DNA from: Tubulanus polymorphus
Lineage: Eukaryota; Animalia; Nemertea
Direction of reading: 5' to 3'
Assembly (NCBI RefSeq): GCF_964204645.1
Contig: NC_134027.1
Coordinates: 21,600,560-21,664,559 of the forward strand
Length of the DNA stretch: 64,000 nucleotides
The translations under genes and the position numbers were made by a program. This document shows, piece by piece, positions 46,121 through 60,500 of the stretch; position 1 is the stretch's first letter, and each line of letters starts with the position of its first letter. The notes beneath the pieces were generated by a model that was not told the origin of the DNA, ran no database searches, and saw only the letters and a program-made list of their open reading frames with translations.

Positions 46121-46925
46121 CCAGTATTAGTATCATTTGTAGAGTAGTGCTTCCAAAATAATAGTTTTAGTATTTTAGCATAGTCTCATTGCATTTACCG
46201 TAAGATTCACTTAATTTGGATCAGCTTAATTTGGATTTTTACTTATTTCAGACTAAAATTTCAGTCCCCTCAGGATTATTTCTATTCGAATGAGAGCACA
46301 TAATTCGGATTTCATTTAATTCAGACAAAATTTTCTAGTTCCAGGTGATCTGAATTGAGTTCTACTGTATTACCATTATTTAGTCAAATATGCAATAATA
46401 CAATCAAAACAAAATTTTTATTTTAAATGTTTATATTTTTAGAAAAGCAATACATTATGTAATTAAATTTAGGCAATATTACCATTATTATCGGTCAGTA
46501 ATATTCAGTAAACCTCGCAGTGAACCGAATGAAGCAAGTTTAATTATTGAATAATACTGACATTGAAAATATTTCCATGATCTCGTACCTATAGTATTCA
46601 TGCATTTGATAATCATACATATATACTACACATATATACTTTGATCTCGAAAAATACATGTACCTTTAGGTAAGTTCCCTTCAGCATAGAGTATATGGCT
46701 TGGCATGTCTCTCTGACGATCGCCGATATAGTGCGTTCACCAACTCTGTGGGCATATGAAATGCTTCTGAATGATTCACCTTAAATTTAGAAGAATGTAC
46801 ATTAGTTTTATATGTTTGAAATTTTTGGTAAAGAATAAATTTCTATTGAATTTAACTGACCTGTTGCCAAGAATCGCTCTTCAGGGGGGATAGGCCTTCT
46901 CATGTTTGTAGTGCGTTTTTGTTAT
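44836..46925 (-). pseudogene. Harbinger (HARBI1-like) DDE transposase, spliced, frameshifted
   Basis: TNMRRPIPPEER, GESFRSISYAHRVGERTISAIVRETCQAI (~46665-46780), GALDGKHI, FFNYK, IGDDAF, RARRVVENAFGIL..RFR, ACCLHNFL. Confidence 0.9.
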
Positions 46926-49900
46926 CAACGGAGACACCAAGTTCGTAATCATATAAAAAAGATCTTTATTCATTCGAAAATAGCGAAAATCTTAGAAATC
47001 TTGGATGACGGATCCGTAATTCAACTCATGGAAGACTACACTAATAAGTCTAAAAACTAACTCTGATAATGCCAGAGGTAGAAATGGTAGGTGAAAATAT
47101 GCAGAGAATTAGGCCTAAGGAAAGATGAGAATTTGTTAAAATTGGACATTATATTCTCATTCACATTAGATTTCACATTGTAAATGCACATGTTTAGATA
47201 TAACATGTTTCTAGGTAATTGAAATGTAGAAGTGAATCAGCAGTTCATAGCGAAAGAAAGAACAAAATTGGACGCAATAATCTAACACTAGATGATACGT
47301 AGATACTACACACTAGATTATTGGACAGCAACTGTAAAGTGGTTAAACTAAAAGTATTTATTTCAGCATCACAGGGCACTTATTTTGAGATAAAAACATT
47401 ATAATTTATGGTTTGTTTTTTTTAATTTATTGCTTTGCAACATCAGATGCGGTAATGAACAAAAAGGAATTCATGAAACAGATAAACATGACGTTCGGTC
47501 ATCTTTCGATATCTCTGAGTGACCAGAAGTTGGCAAGATTTCAGTACATCAAACGCGCTTCTGTCGGTATAGAAAAGAAAGATACAGCGCCAGTGGTCGG
47601 GAAGTTCAGGGAGATATGGACTCTCAGCAAAAACACATCTTTTGACCAAAAAGGCAACCATTATCAAAACCACTCAAAGAATGTATGGGTGTCAAATGTT
47701 CATGAGGGCCCGGGAATTGCAAAGAATGAAATCATGCCAGATGAATGGACGACCAGGGTTGGAAGCGCTGAAGAACCTGATAGAACTGCTCGATGATGTG
47801 ATGGAGCATAACTTCCCATCAACTGTGTTCGCCATCAGTGCTGGTATTATGTCTGTTCATTATGAAAGTATTGTCCATCATTACAGCGGGTGCCCGATGA
47901 CAATGTCCTCTGGCCCACCAGGCACACGTATAGCTCTCAGCCTTAAAGCGTTGTTAGGGCTAATGAGAAGAGAAGGCCATCTTTATACACGTGGTACGAA
48001 GGACAAATTCCTCCAAATTCTTGGCCAAAGTTATATGCCACTAGTTTTAGATGATCCTAACTTATCAAAAGAATTGGCTAAATTATCCCATAGACTTATA
48101 CAATGGTAGTAAACCTGCCTGGCTTCTGAGAACCCTCCCAACACACACCACATACTAATTGATTGGAATAATCTTTTCAGAAGAAATGGATACCAAAGCC
48201 CTGGCGCAACAGTCCACCAATGAAAACCAGTTCGGACCAAGAGTTCTTTTTAAGACTGTCAGGTGTTTGGACCAAGAGTTCTTTTCAAGACTGTCAGGTT
48301 GGAGATGGTATTCTACAATGGATCTAAAAACTGGCTTTTATCAAATCAATCAAAAAAATCAGATTGTGTGTCCTTAAGGATCATATCAGTATGTAAGGAT
48401 GGCACAGGGACACACTAATTCTCCAGCAACTTTTCAGAAATTAATTGAGAAATATCCGCGCTCCGCCAACTTACGTCAAGTATTGGCATATTTCTATATA
48501 CTTAAATCTTTTATACAAAGACACTAAATGAGCATCTAGATAAGACTTTTTCGTATGTACTCTAATATGGCCTTAAACTCAGTTTAGACGAATGTCAGTT
48601 TTTTAGATGTCAGTGTCGTATTTAGGTCATGTGATTAGTGAGAAGTGTATAAAAGTACATGTCCTAAAATGATCGAAGCGGTAGACATGGCCCGTCGCTC
48701 ATCATCAAAAAGGTAAAGATGTGGCTTTGTTTTGCATCATACTATCGGAGATTTATTGATTCTCCTTTGCAAGCACTAATAAAAGGTTGTCATTGACTAA
48801 TCATTGTCATTGTTAGGGTATCGTGTTAACATAGTTGCAAAAAATCTAAAAGCCAACATCAATACTGTCCATTCAGTGAAGTGGCAAACACTTATAGAGT
48901 AGCATTTTGAGGATGGAAATGATTGTAGAGATAGCTTTTCAATACTGTTTACAATGATTGGAGGCAGACTATATATCATTTCTGAACACTTTAAAATCGA
49001 TGACATGTATACTAAGCATAGCGGTAGACATGCATGCAAGGTAAGCAGGAGTGAATTTAAATTCAAGTAATGGTGTCCTCGTCATAGTCAGGGTAGACAT
49101 TCTACGAAGGCAGTATTGTACGAGTTTGACGAAAGGAACGAGGCAAGATGTGAAGTAGCTAGGTTATCAGGACACGGGAACAGACACCATAAGAGCTGCC
49201 GAGTACGTGGCAGTTCTATGTTGATGAACGGGACCTCAGCATGTATATCAGAGAAATGCATCAACCTTGTAATATAGATTTCCAAAATCTCGAATTGTTG
49301 AAATATGCAGAAAAAAAAGTTAACCTTGCAATATAGATATCCAAAATCTAGATGTATTAAAATAGGCAGATGAAAAAAGCTAACCTTGTAATATAGATAT
49401 ACCAGATATCCAGATGTATAAACAATTAATCAGGAGCAGCTGAGACAATGCGTATCTTATAAACACTTATTCAGGAGCAGCAGAGACAATGCATATCGTA
49501 TAAACACTTATTCAGGAGCAGCAGAGACAATGTGTATCTTATAAACACTTATTCAAATAGGCAGAAAAAAGTTAACCTTGTAATATAGATATCCAAATCT
49601 AGATGTATGCAAATAGGCAGACAAAAAATTAACCTTGTAATATAGATATCCAAAATCGAGATGTATTCAAATAGGCAGAAAAAAAGTTAACCTTGTAATA
49701 TAGATATCTAAAATCAACAAAACAACCGAAGCCATGCCTGCCTGCATATGCGACCATAAAAAATGCATATTTGGTTGTGATATCACTGTCCAGTCCAACA
49801 AATCCGATCCACATAAAATAATTGTAAAGGAGAACAAATAATTCATTTTTGTGGAGACAAAAACTGCAGAAACCTTGATGAAATTGCATGGTGGGCTGAC

Positions 49901-52900
49901 TGACTTCACCCTAGCATCATCTCGTAGTTTTTGAAACCAACATCAAGGGTTGATGGAGTAGCCTTTCTGATGGTTGCTCAGCTGTGATGAAGGTCCTAAA
50001 GCCACGTGAGACACGCCGTATCTGCTTCACTGTTCAGGATACAAGGGATAAATTCAATAAAATACCATGTGTCCACGCAATTGAATAACTTTTGGCATGG
50101 TTTTATGTTGTCATGACAAGCAGATGCATTCACCAATTTTTGCAAAGTCAGCTTGCAATCATTATTGCTTGGATTGTCGATAATTAACATGTGTATTAAC
50201 TTAAGCTGATTCATCTTATCCTACCACACGATTCAATATGTCCGGAAACCATTTATTACTAAACGGAAACACCATGTAAGAGTTGGTGTACGTGGGTTAA
50301 CCACAATCTATAGCCACTGCGCATGCGCATATAATGTTAATCTGACTTTTTGTTGTGAAATAATCTTTAGTATTAGTTTGCAATTCAAGCGTTCGGATTG
50401 TGATGATCTACTCTCAGGCTGACTCTGATCCTTTTCTACTTAAGGCGTATTTTTTAATGAGGTAGATAGCATTATAGTCTTTAGAGTAGGATATTTTCCG
50501 GGATCCATCAATTTCAATCAGTATTCAGCGGGATCATCAATTTCAATCAGTATTCAGCGGGATCAATCAGTATTTACAATCTTGAGTGGGAAACTGTTGT
50601 TCTCTTTTTGGGATGAGTTATTGCCGTATTCTTATCCTTTTATTATTATCCTTTTTTGGCATGGTACTATGTTTTGTATCAGTACATTTCATTAATTCTG
50701 GGTATTAAATAATCTTCATAGATTTCTAAGATTCACCATTTAGTTACTTTTATTATTTCATCACAAAACTTACACTTGGTGGTATATTTGATATACAATT
50801 CATCATTTTAACTCTATTTCTGAGTGCTACTTAGATTTCTCCGAATTTCAAGGGCATGTGACATCCTGTTAGAGTGGGGTGAGGGTGTTGATTTCTGGAT
50901 CTTGAAACGGCAGCAGGGGTTGCCACACAGCTTCCCGTAATTTTAGTTTTATTCCCATCAAAGGATTAAATGATTCTTTATCGCTGTAAAACAAGTCATT
51001 GAAGCTTTGAGGAACATAATGGGGCAAAACTTCTATGCGGCCCTGTTAGTGATGTGCGGGGATATTTTGGGCACCCATTACAGCTGTGTGTGTTGATGAG
51101 TTTGGTGGGTGTCCCATTACCAAAGCCGATGGACCCCCTGGCACCGGGAAAACCCTTAGCGTAAGGTTTTTCCTATCGCTCGTTGGTCGTCCTGAGAAAT
51201 TCTACAGCCGGGTACGAAGGAGAAGCTTCTAAAATTGCTGTCTCAAATAGAAATTCCAATCGTCCTAGATGACGCAAAACTCACCAAAGAATTAGACGAG
51301 ATGATTACTGAATTGCATGATGTCAAGAGGAAATCAACCACCCAAAACAACACTTGTTGTTGCCAGTCATTTTAGAGTTAGTGGAAAGAAAAGGTAAGAA
51401 ATATATCACTGAATGGTCTGATTGGTGCAATTCGAATTCCCTTAATAGCAATATTTTAATTTGTTCAAGATAATTTTTCTGTTTTTTCAGTTATTGATAT
51501 CACCAACCAAAACTTGGGATATCCTGGTGAGTTTGCAGGAACCATATGGAATTCTAAGCCACTTCCTTGGACTATCCCAGAAAATCTGAAGGAACCATTG
51601 TGGGACTTACTCTCCAAGACAACTCTAGTCTGTTGTACCCTTTTGCGGATGATACCTGAGAAGTTTCATCCATTTTGGGCTATGGAACTTAAAGAATTTG
51701 AAAATCTAGCATAGCTTTTTTTCGGGAAAACCCTAAGCGTAAGGTTTTCCCTATCGCTCGTTGGTCGTGCTGAGAAATTCTACAGCCGGGGCACAAAAGA
51801 AAAACTTTTGGAATTGTTGTCGTAGAAGGAAATTCTGATCGCATTGGACGACCCTAAACTCACAAAGGAGCTAGGTGAAATGAACGTTGATCTTTTTAAC
51901 AGGCCACAGAATTGTACGTTATCGAGAGGTGTGCAGCAACCGAAAACAATGCTTGTAGTTGCGAGTAATTTTGGAATCAGCGGAGAAACGAAGGTAAGAC
52001 ATGTCGCTGAATGGTCTGATTGCTGCTAAAATGATAAATTTAGCAATATCGATCTTTTCCCCGGGAGTGAAGGACCTGGGGTCGCTGCAAGCTTGCTTGC
52101 TGTGGGATCTGAACGACGTGCGCCGATTGACACATGTCAACCGCTGTAGCCTGCCCACGCATTGCTTGCTAATTGGCATCGGGATCGGTTAAATAAGAGT
52201 TTTATAATATTTTCAGACTGTGACCATATTCTTAAAAATAGAACATATGTAATATACATTGGAAATATATAAATAAAGGTATATATTTGTATCATCTACC
52301 CGTTTATTCTTTTTGTGCAGCAATAAGAGCATTTTATTTTCTAATTTGAATGTATTTTCTTCAACGTACGTAACAAAAATCGGAAGGGTTATTGTTTCCC
52401 ACGTCAATCAAGCAGGATCAAAGACTTTACATGAGGCAATCCCGGTGCTGGTGGCCGGGAGACTTTTGGATTTTCTCACGGGTGAATAGAATTTAAGTCA
52501 TCATGGGTCTGCTCAATTCGTTCATAGTGTCTTATTTCTGCGGGAAGATGGTCGCGTTCCAGATTTGGCAGAGTTCAACTTTGTTTTGTTGATTCAGATC
52601 GGCGCGAATTTCAAGGATAACAGAGAACACAGGAGCGGCTGGTGTACACAGCATGGCCTGCTGGAGAATAATATGGTGTGTCCAAACTGCGGAAGCCAAT
52701 GCCGAGAACAGGGTATGGCACGTTACGTCGACAGAGTGGCTTGGAGGTGTACAGCATGACGATGCAAGCGAGTTTTTAGTATTCGTCGCGGGAGTTTTTT
52801 CGAGAAGTCACATCTTCACTTGTGGCAGCTGCTGGGGCTCACTTACATCTGGAGCCGAAGTGCTGTTTCAAGCCGAGGCACGAGTGTTGCCGACACCATG

Positions 52901-54539
52901 CACGAGCTTGAAATACAGTCGGAGCACACCATCATCGATCGGAATCAGTTCTGCCGCGATGTCCGTGTATCCTACTTCGTTAATCATCCGACACAGGTGG
53001 ACCAGGTAGACTGGTAGAAATAGATGAATCACTTTTTGCTCGGCGAAAATATAACCAGGGACGAATCGTTGCGGAGCAGTGGATATTCAGTGGCTACGAG
53101 GCAGAGGCGAAACAAGGTTTCCTTGTCCCAGTACCCAGGAGAGATGCTGCCACGCTGTTGCCAATCATACAACGGTGGATTCGTCCCGGCTTCACCATGT
53201 GGTCTGATATGTTGCAGGCATAGGATTGGCCAGCTGGGGTACCAACACGGTCCAGTCAACCATACGGTCAACTTCGTCGATCCAGCCGCAGCCGTAACGA
53301 CGAACCGTGTGGAGGCAATGTGGCAGCGAGCGAAAGCGAAATTTAAAGCCATGGCTGGCCCATCAAATTGTGCGATGATACCTGATTACTTAGCCGAGTT
53401 CGACAGATGCGATTCGCGTAAATTCAACAGATACGATTCTCATTCAGCAACCGTCTAAAATTTCGGAACCACAGATCAGCAACTACTACAGATTTTAGAC
53501 AGCAACAGGAACCACAGCGAACAATTTCGAGGAGCGGCAGAGCGATCTTTTTGGAGCAACGCTACCAAAACAAATCAGGTCTAAAGATGGCCCTGATTGG
53601 TACAGGAATATTGACAAACTTCAGCTGATCCATCAGTACAACATGTATGGGGGTGTGGAAAAATTAGACCAACACATGTCATATTACTGCTACCCCCACA
53701 GTGATCAAAGGATACCACATAATTTATACTATGCTTTAGAAATAGCAATGGTAAATTCAAGAATCGCATATAACATTGCTTTTCCAGATAAAAAGCTTAG
53801 TGGCCGGAAGTTTCGATTAGCTGTAATCGAATCACTTTTACATGATCGTGTTCTACAACATTACCAAATTCCTCAGAAGCTTGGTGCGGTTGATGAAAGG
53901 CTAACTGGACAACATTTTCCTGGAATCTATGCTGACAAAAAATTTAAACCTGAGTGTATAGTTTGTTCTAATAGTAGAGCAGGGCATAGGAAGCAAACCA
54001 GTCATTACTGCGTTCAGTGCAATATTCCAGTGTGTCTTGTTTCTTGCTTTCAGAGATATTATACGCGCCAGAATTATAAAGTTGTTGATTGACTTCATGC
54101 ATTTATAAAACAGAGTTATCTGTGTTTTACAACCAGAAACATGATTTCAACAGAGATGAGAATGCCAACCAACCTATAAAATCCGCGGGTTTTTTTTTTT
54201 AGTTGCACACGCGAACCAGCACTCGCAAGCGACGAATGGGGGTCCTCCCCAAGAAAATTTTAGAAATTAAAAGCCTTTTCCGAGCACTTAGAGCGATCTT
54301 GAACCCATGAACGACTATTATATTTTGCAGGGATGAGAACGCCGACCTGTAAAATCCGCGGGTTATTTTTCTTGAGTGACATAAGCGAACCAGCTGACGG
54401 CGTAGCCATCATCACTAGCGAGCGCCGAAGGCGCGAAGCTATTTGGGGGGGATTTGGGGGCCCTCCCCCAAGAAAATTTTAGAAATTAAATACGTTTTCC
54501 GAGCACTTAGAGCGATCTCGAACCCATGAACGACTATTA

Positions 54540-56145
54540 TATTTTGGAAGGTAATGGCTAGTTCCAATGTGGTACATCCTCATTTGATGACATTCAGCAT
54601 CTCATGCATTACGGGTCGAGCCCTGAATTATTGCAGTTAAAATGCGCCGATGAATGCTCACTAAAAACATCACCAAGTAGTGTATAATATCCGAAAGCGT
54701 TCGCCACACACACGCAGCAACAGTAAGTAGACCTATATACGTTACTACTGTTGCTGTGCGTGCGTGTCTGCAACCGATCGATAAAATACATACAAACTCA
54801 TCGTAGTACAAATGTACATACAAAATCACTGTGTTGCAATGAATATGCATTGAAATGCGATACTTTTACGTGACGATAAGTAAAACAGGCACTGAACGCT
54901 TTTACGGTTCACCTGATTACCGATCGCGCCGGACCAATTGAGTGAGATCATCACCCCCCCCCCATACTTTTACATCATTTTTGGACTATTTGGAAAATTG
55001 ATATTTTTCAATACTGAAATCCGCGGCAAAAACCGCGGATCCGCGGGGAATTCTCATCTCTGATTTTGGAAGGAAATGGCTAGTTCCAATGTGCTACATC
55101 TTCATTCGATGAAATGCAGCATTTCATGCATTACGGGTTGAGCCCTGAATTATTGCAGTTAAGCAACTATAGACATTTTGATAAACCGTGATGTGCTCTC
55201 ATTGATCTGTGAGCAGCGGCCTACATTAGTTATGCGACAGATTGGGTCGAAAGACCTAGATAACCGGTATCTAACCCCGGCGTTTGTTGGGATGAAAATT
55301 TTTCAATACGCTAATGCCATTGTCGAGCGTACGGGCGCTGTAGTGTATATATGTGACCCTATTCGCCGCCAGAGATGGCGCAGTTTTAACGAAATTACTG
55401 CAAAAAGTAGGGTTAGACAAGCGCAGGAATTCCTGCATGCCGCTTGCACAGGGTGCGAAAAGATATTTTCCTGGCGGCATCGGGGGTTTTGGAATTCTAG
55501 ATATAATCTGTATGGTGGGGATCTAGTTCACTTGAACAAACAGGGCAATATGAAACTATATCGGTCACTCCGTGGTGCGATGGTTAAGGCCGGGAAGTGT
55601 CTCGGGATTAATAGAAGTGAAAGGGTCTGAATCATGGAAATATGTAGAGATATGGACACACATACATAAATGCATATATATTAGGTAGGGCCCATGTGAC
55701 TAATAATTAAAAAAAAAAAATATATATATATATATGCGCCGATGAATGCTCACTAAAAATCATCACCCAGTAATGTATAATGTCCGAAGACGTTCGCCAC
55801 ACTTGCGGCAACAGTAAGTAGGCCTATGTACATTACTACTGTTGCCGCTGCGTGTCTGCAACCGATCGATAAAATACATACACGCTCATCATAGTACAAA
55901 TGTAGATACAAAATCAGTGTTGCAATGAATATGCATTGAAATGCGATACTTTTACGCGACGATAAGTAAAACAGGCACTGAACGCTTTTACGGTTCACAT
56001 GATTACCGATCGCGCCAGACCAATTGAATGAGATCACCCACCCCCCCATACTTTTACATCATTTTTGGACTATTTGGAAAATTGATATTTTTCAATACCG
56101 AAATCCACGGGAAACCTCGGATCCGTGGGGAATTCTCATCCCTGT
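54540..56145 (+). repeat. Tandem ~0.5-kb repeat pair; the second unit is interrupted by an insertion
   Basis: ATTTTGGAAGG..ATGGCTAGTTCC ... GAATTCTCATC.CTG occurs twice. Confidence 0.85.
55178..55630 (+). pseudogene. SGNH hydrolase-like domain fragment (TE-associated esterase)
   Basis: QIGSKDLD (GxND block) and DLVHLNKQG.. (DxxH block); inside a ~570-bp insertion. Confidence 0.65.
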
Positions 56146-57269
56146 TTCAAACTGCCTTTTGACTGCAGAAATTGTATATATTTGATGTGGTACCCTGGCT
56201 AAATTGTTTGCAATGATTTGCTAAATTTGGATTTTGGACCAGTTTTTATATGCCTAAACAGCTATTTGTTTCATGAAAATGATTAACTTTTCAAAACATC
56301 ACCATATCCAGACAAATTGTATCGAAAATTGCATATATTTAGTTAAGCATGCCTAAAACATTCAAAGTAGTGAGTTTTCATTCATTTTTACTTAGAAATT
56401 ACTAAAAATGTGCAGAAAATGCGGTAAATATTTATTTTTCATTTGAATAATTAGGTCACAGCTCATTTGCATATTCAAATTTTGAAAAATAAATTGTACC
56501 ATTTGATTCATTGAGTTATAAACTATCAAAGTTTCTTTCACTCCAAATGGCTAGCTTGAATGGTTGAGGAACTATAACTGCTAAGACTGCTAAGTAAAAA
56601 TTACAGTAGTTCTGCTGTGTGTTACTGTGTGAGTGGATGTAGGCAGTATAATGATGACTTTTGTATAGACAGCCAAAGGGTTAAGAAGCAGAATCATAAA
56701 TCACAGTTTATTGATTTAATTGTAAATCAATCATCGTGGCTCATAACGATTGTGAATTTGTCAACTGCATAATTTCAACAACACGGTATAACGAAAATTA
56801 CTGAAATTGAGCTGGATAAAGTAAAATTGAATTTGGCTTCATTGTCCATAAAATCAACACACAAATTTCTGCGTTTCTGCATTTCTGCGTTTTGAAGGAA
56901 CCGCGCCACTGCTGCAACGTGTCTCGTTAAGCACAGTAACGATTCGTGAGAAGACATTTTACAAAGAAAGAATAATTAGGCACACATGTGAGAACAAGTT
57001 TGCCTGTGCACGATGAGAACAATAGAGTCAGTTATGATATGGAATTGAAGGCGTTCAAGTCGATTATAGCTCCGGGTTTGGCCAAAAAAATATATACCGT
57101 TGTTTACGGTTTCCGAGCGACCCTGTCAAAAAGGTGCCGACCGAAAAACATTTTGGGATGTACTGGAAAACAAAATAACGAAAAACGAATTCCGACCATC
57201 TCAACTTGTGTTTAGTTTAGAAGAGTTTTAGTTTAGAAGAGTTTTACGTCCCGACTGCAATTACTTACA

Positions 57270-57440
57270 GTGTAACCCTAGTGGGTGCCAGGGCCTTTTT
57301 ATAGGTTATGGCTCACAACCTGACTAAGTTAGCAGAGCTTAGATCATGTATGTGTCTCGACAGCCAAGGCCAGAGGTGGTTTCGAACTAGGGACCTCTTG
57401 GTTCCCAGTCTTCCACTCAATCAACTGAGCTAACTGCACA
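57270..57440 (-). mobile_element. tRNA-derived SINE-like repeat
   Basis: Minus strand TAGCTCAGTTGATT (A box) ... GTTCGAAACC (B box); no proper acceptor stem. Confidence 0.6.
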
Positions 57441-57595
57441 GGACATAATAAAACATGTGAGAACATAATAAAATATTTTCGTTCCTAAACAAATTTTGTT
57501 ATTCGGTTTATTAATATTTCAATATCGAGGGGCAAGCAACTTTGATAAGTCACGCGCACGAATATTTTCATCCTAACATTGAATATTGCATTCAC

Positions 57596-60500
57596 TAGAC
57601 CAGGAGCCACGGACATTTTATTCATAGGAAGAGAGAAAAATTGTTTAACATGCCCAATTTGTAGGAAACCACCCGAGTAACAACGAATGACGTTGCTGCC
57701 GGGTCATAGCCTGTACCTTTGGCCTAGGCGGGCCCCTAAAAGGGGGATAAAATTTATCTTTATTCAAAGATCATTAGAAATGCATAATTTTAATCGCTAA
57801 TCATAGAAATGAATGTAGGTATATCATTTTTCAGCATGACAGCAGTTTTTTTCTGTACCGGGGCCTAAACAGTGACATTTTTGGGGGGGGCTGAAAATAA
57901 AGTTATTCAAAGATAGCGAAAAATGAATGAAACTTACATTATTTACTTCCATGTGTATAAGGCTACTTGAAAATGTGAGTGACAGCAACTTTTTCCTGTA
58001 CAGCAGCCCCATAGACCCCAAGATGTCCCCGGATGACATTTTTAAAATATGGTGAGAAATAGCTGAAACTAATCACATCTTTTCTAACTGATAACTTTGA
58101 GATGCAAGATATCAATGACAGCAATTTTCTCCTGTACAGGGGTCGTGACAGTGGCTTTTGGGGGTCCCGGACCATGGATTTATTCAAAGGAAGAGAGAAA
58201 TGCATAATTTGAATTTCAAAGTGATGTAATGACACGATACTAACTAAAAATACTCGTGACAGCAAAATCTGCATGTACAGGGCTCCAGACAGCAGTCCAA
58301 TTTACAGACGCCTGAGACAGTTTTTATTCAAATGGACACAGAAATTTTCATTTGTGTCAATGACATAGCTACATAAAAAAAAACTTCAACAGCAACTTTC
58401 ATCTGTACCAAGGAAAAGACAGTTGTTTTATTGATTGTTGGTTTAGAAACAGGTCAAGTCTACTGAAGCATAACTAACTCCTACAGTCTATGTTAAGCCA
58501 GTAGTATAGATTTATAGTTTATCAGCCTTGAGCATCATAGATTGAGAGGTGACTTTATGAAATAGCATTTACCATGGCTGACAGTGTAAAGGTAGGATTT
58601 TTTTTAAACCTATTTCCGATACAAATAATCTAGCCCCGGAACTTATGTTTATTGGGGACTAAAATTCTCCAAACTGCAATCCTGAATATACTCTCGCCTA
58701 GGTAGACAGATATGAAATCAATGATCATTTGGAATAAGAAATTATTTGAATACACTGTGGTTGACTGAAAAGTGTTATTTCAAATGAAAATTACCACTGA
58801 ATGTTTAAAATACTGTGTCAATTTTTTAGAGCTGCATCATATGCTGCAAAGGGGAAGTAGAAGCCCCCGGATTGAAACAGTACTCATCACTGATAGTTCT
58901 CCAGAATGCCGCCCAACGTCGACGCACCCTCACGCGAGATCACTACAGTGCAGCCACAGGGAAGATTTTGTCAAATGAAGAAAATTCAAGTCAGTTATAC
59001 TACCATTCTTCATGCCACAGTAAATATTGTGCAGTGAAAAGGAAGGTTACTGAGCCTGAACCTGAGGACACACCCTCAAAAACAACGAGATCGAATTCAG
59101 ATATCATCAGAGATTTCCTGCTGAATACAATACAGCGTGGAGCAACTCAGCGGCACAAATTCTTAAAAGAATGGGCAAACGATGAAACCAGGTTTCTGAA
59201 AAAAGTTCCCAGGATAAAGATGGAAAATTTTGCTGCTGAAAATGTGAAACGCAAAACTCTATCAAAGGATACGAAGTCACTCAATGCAGCCGAGGGAGTG
59301 CGTGACGCTTTCGGGCATCTCATCACCAAACTTTTCCTGGAAAATGAGTCAATAGATCTTAGAGATATTCTCAGTTACCCAATCACTAATGTCCCTTTGT
59401 CACTAGCCCATGCCGATGGTACACCAACTAAGACAGAGAAAGCAAAATTGATACAGCTTTAAGAATCCAAACTGGAATACAGGACAAATACCATTGCTGC
59501 TGCAGATGCCACACAATTCGATGGTGGGCTCATACTCCATGAAGTATTACCAAGCCATAACAGATCCACATATGGAAGCATAGCTCGTAATAAAATAGTC
59601 AAAATCTGCTCTGCTAAATGTGATGCTGTTCATCTGCTGCTAGATAGGTACATTTCTCCATCCATTAAAGATCTTGAGCGACAGAAAAGAGGTGCAGAGC
59701 AAGAAGAGAGCTCTTTCGTCATTACTGGAGGAGAACAACAGCAATGCAAAAAAGGAACTGATCTTTTACGAAATGGCCCTTTCAAAGAGGCATTTGCAGT
59801 ATTTCTGTTGAAGGAAGTTCGGAAAGAACACTATGCACCAATAGTTGGTAGAAAAATTGTATTTGTTTCACATGGAGGTGCATGCGTAAAATTGTGGGTA
59901 GACTCTACGGGTATTCTGCAATCTACGGAGCCAAGCCAATACCAAGGTGTCCATGAGGAAGCAGACACCCTGATTGGATTTCACGCCTTCGAGGCCCAAG
60001 GAAACATCGTTATCAGATCATCTGATACTGATGTCTTAGTCATCATGATTGGGATCAGCACAAAAATTCCAAATAGCAATATAACAATGGATAACGGATC
60101 CAGTAACAACCGCCGCCTAATTGATGTAACGGGCATATCTTTACAGCTCAACTTAAAACACAAAGGTCTAAGTGAATCGTTGATCGGCTTCCATAGCCTG
60201 ACAGGATGTGACTTCACTTCGGCGTTTTATAGGAAGGGGAAGGCAAATCCTTTGACCCATCTTGAAAACAATGAACAGCATATTAAAGCATTGATGTCAC
60301 TAAATACAACAAGTCCAGACCATGCTTCACTTCATACTTACATCTGGGCACAAAAAGGAGGATGATATAAATGAAGCTAGGTTCCAATCATTCTTCCAGA
60401 TGACCGGTGGATTGAAAATGACTGAAAAGGTGAAGAAGCTGAATTGTTCATCTCTGCCTCCCTGTTCGAAATCATTAAAGCAGCATATCTTACGGGCAAA

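Larger units (their letters stand above)
43979..46930. mobile_element. PIF/Harbinger transposon, other end lost
   Basis: Begins AGCCAAGCGCACACG after TTA; paralogous empty sites ATGCATTA|CGGG at ~54604 and ~55126; carries MADF and HARBI1-like genes. Confidence 0.85.

Noticed and set aside
57365-57440. Functional tRNA gene
   Set aside because: A and B boxes are present but there is no good acceptor stem; better explained as a SINE head.
57593-57600. CACTA terminus suggesting an EnSpm/CACTA element
   Set aside because: The other end reads GGTCTACAC, not TAGTG, so CAC lies outside the inverted repeat.
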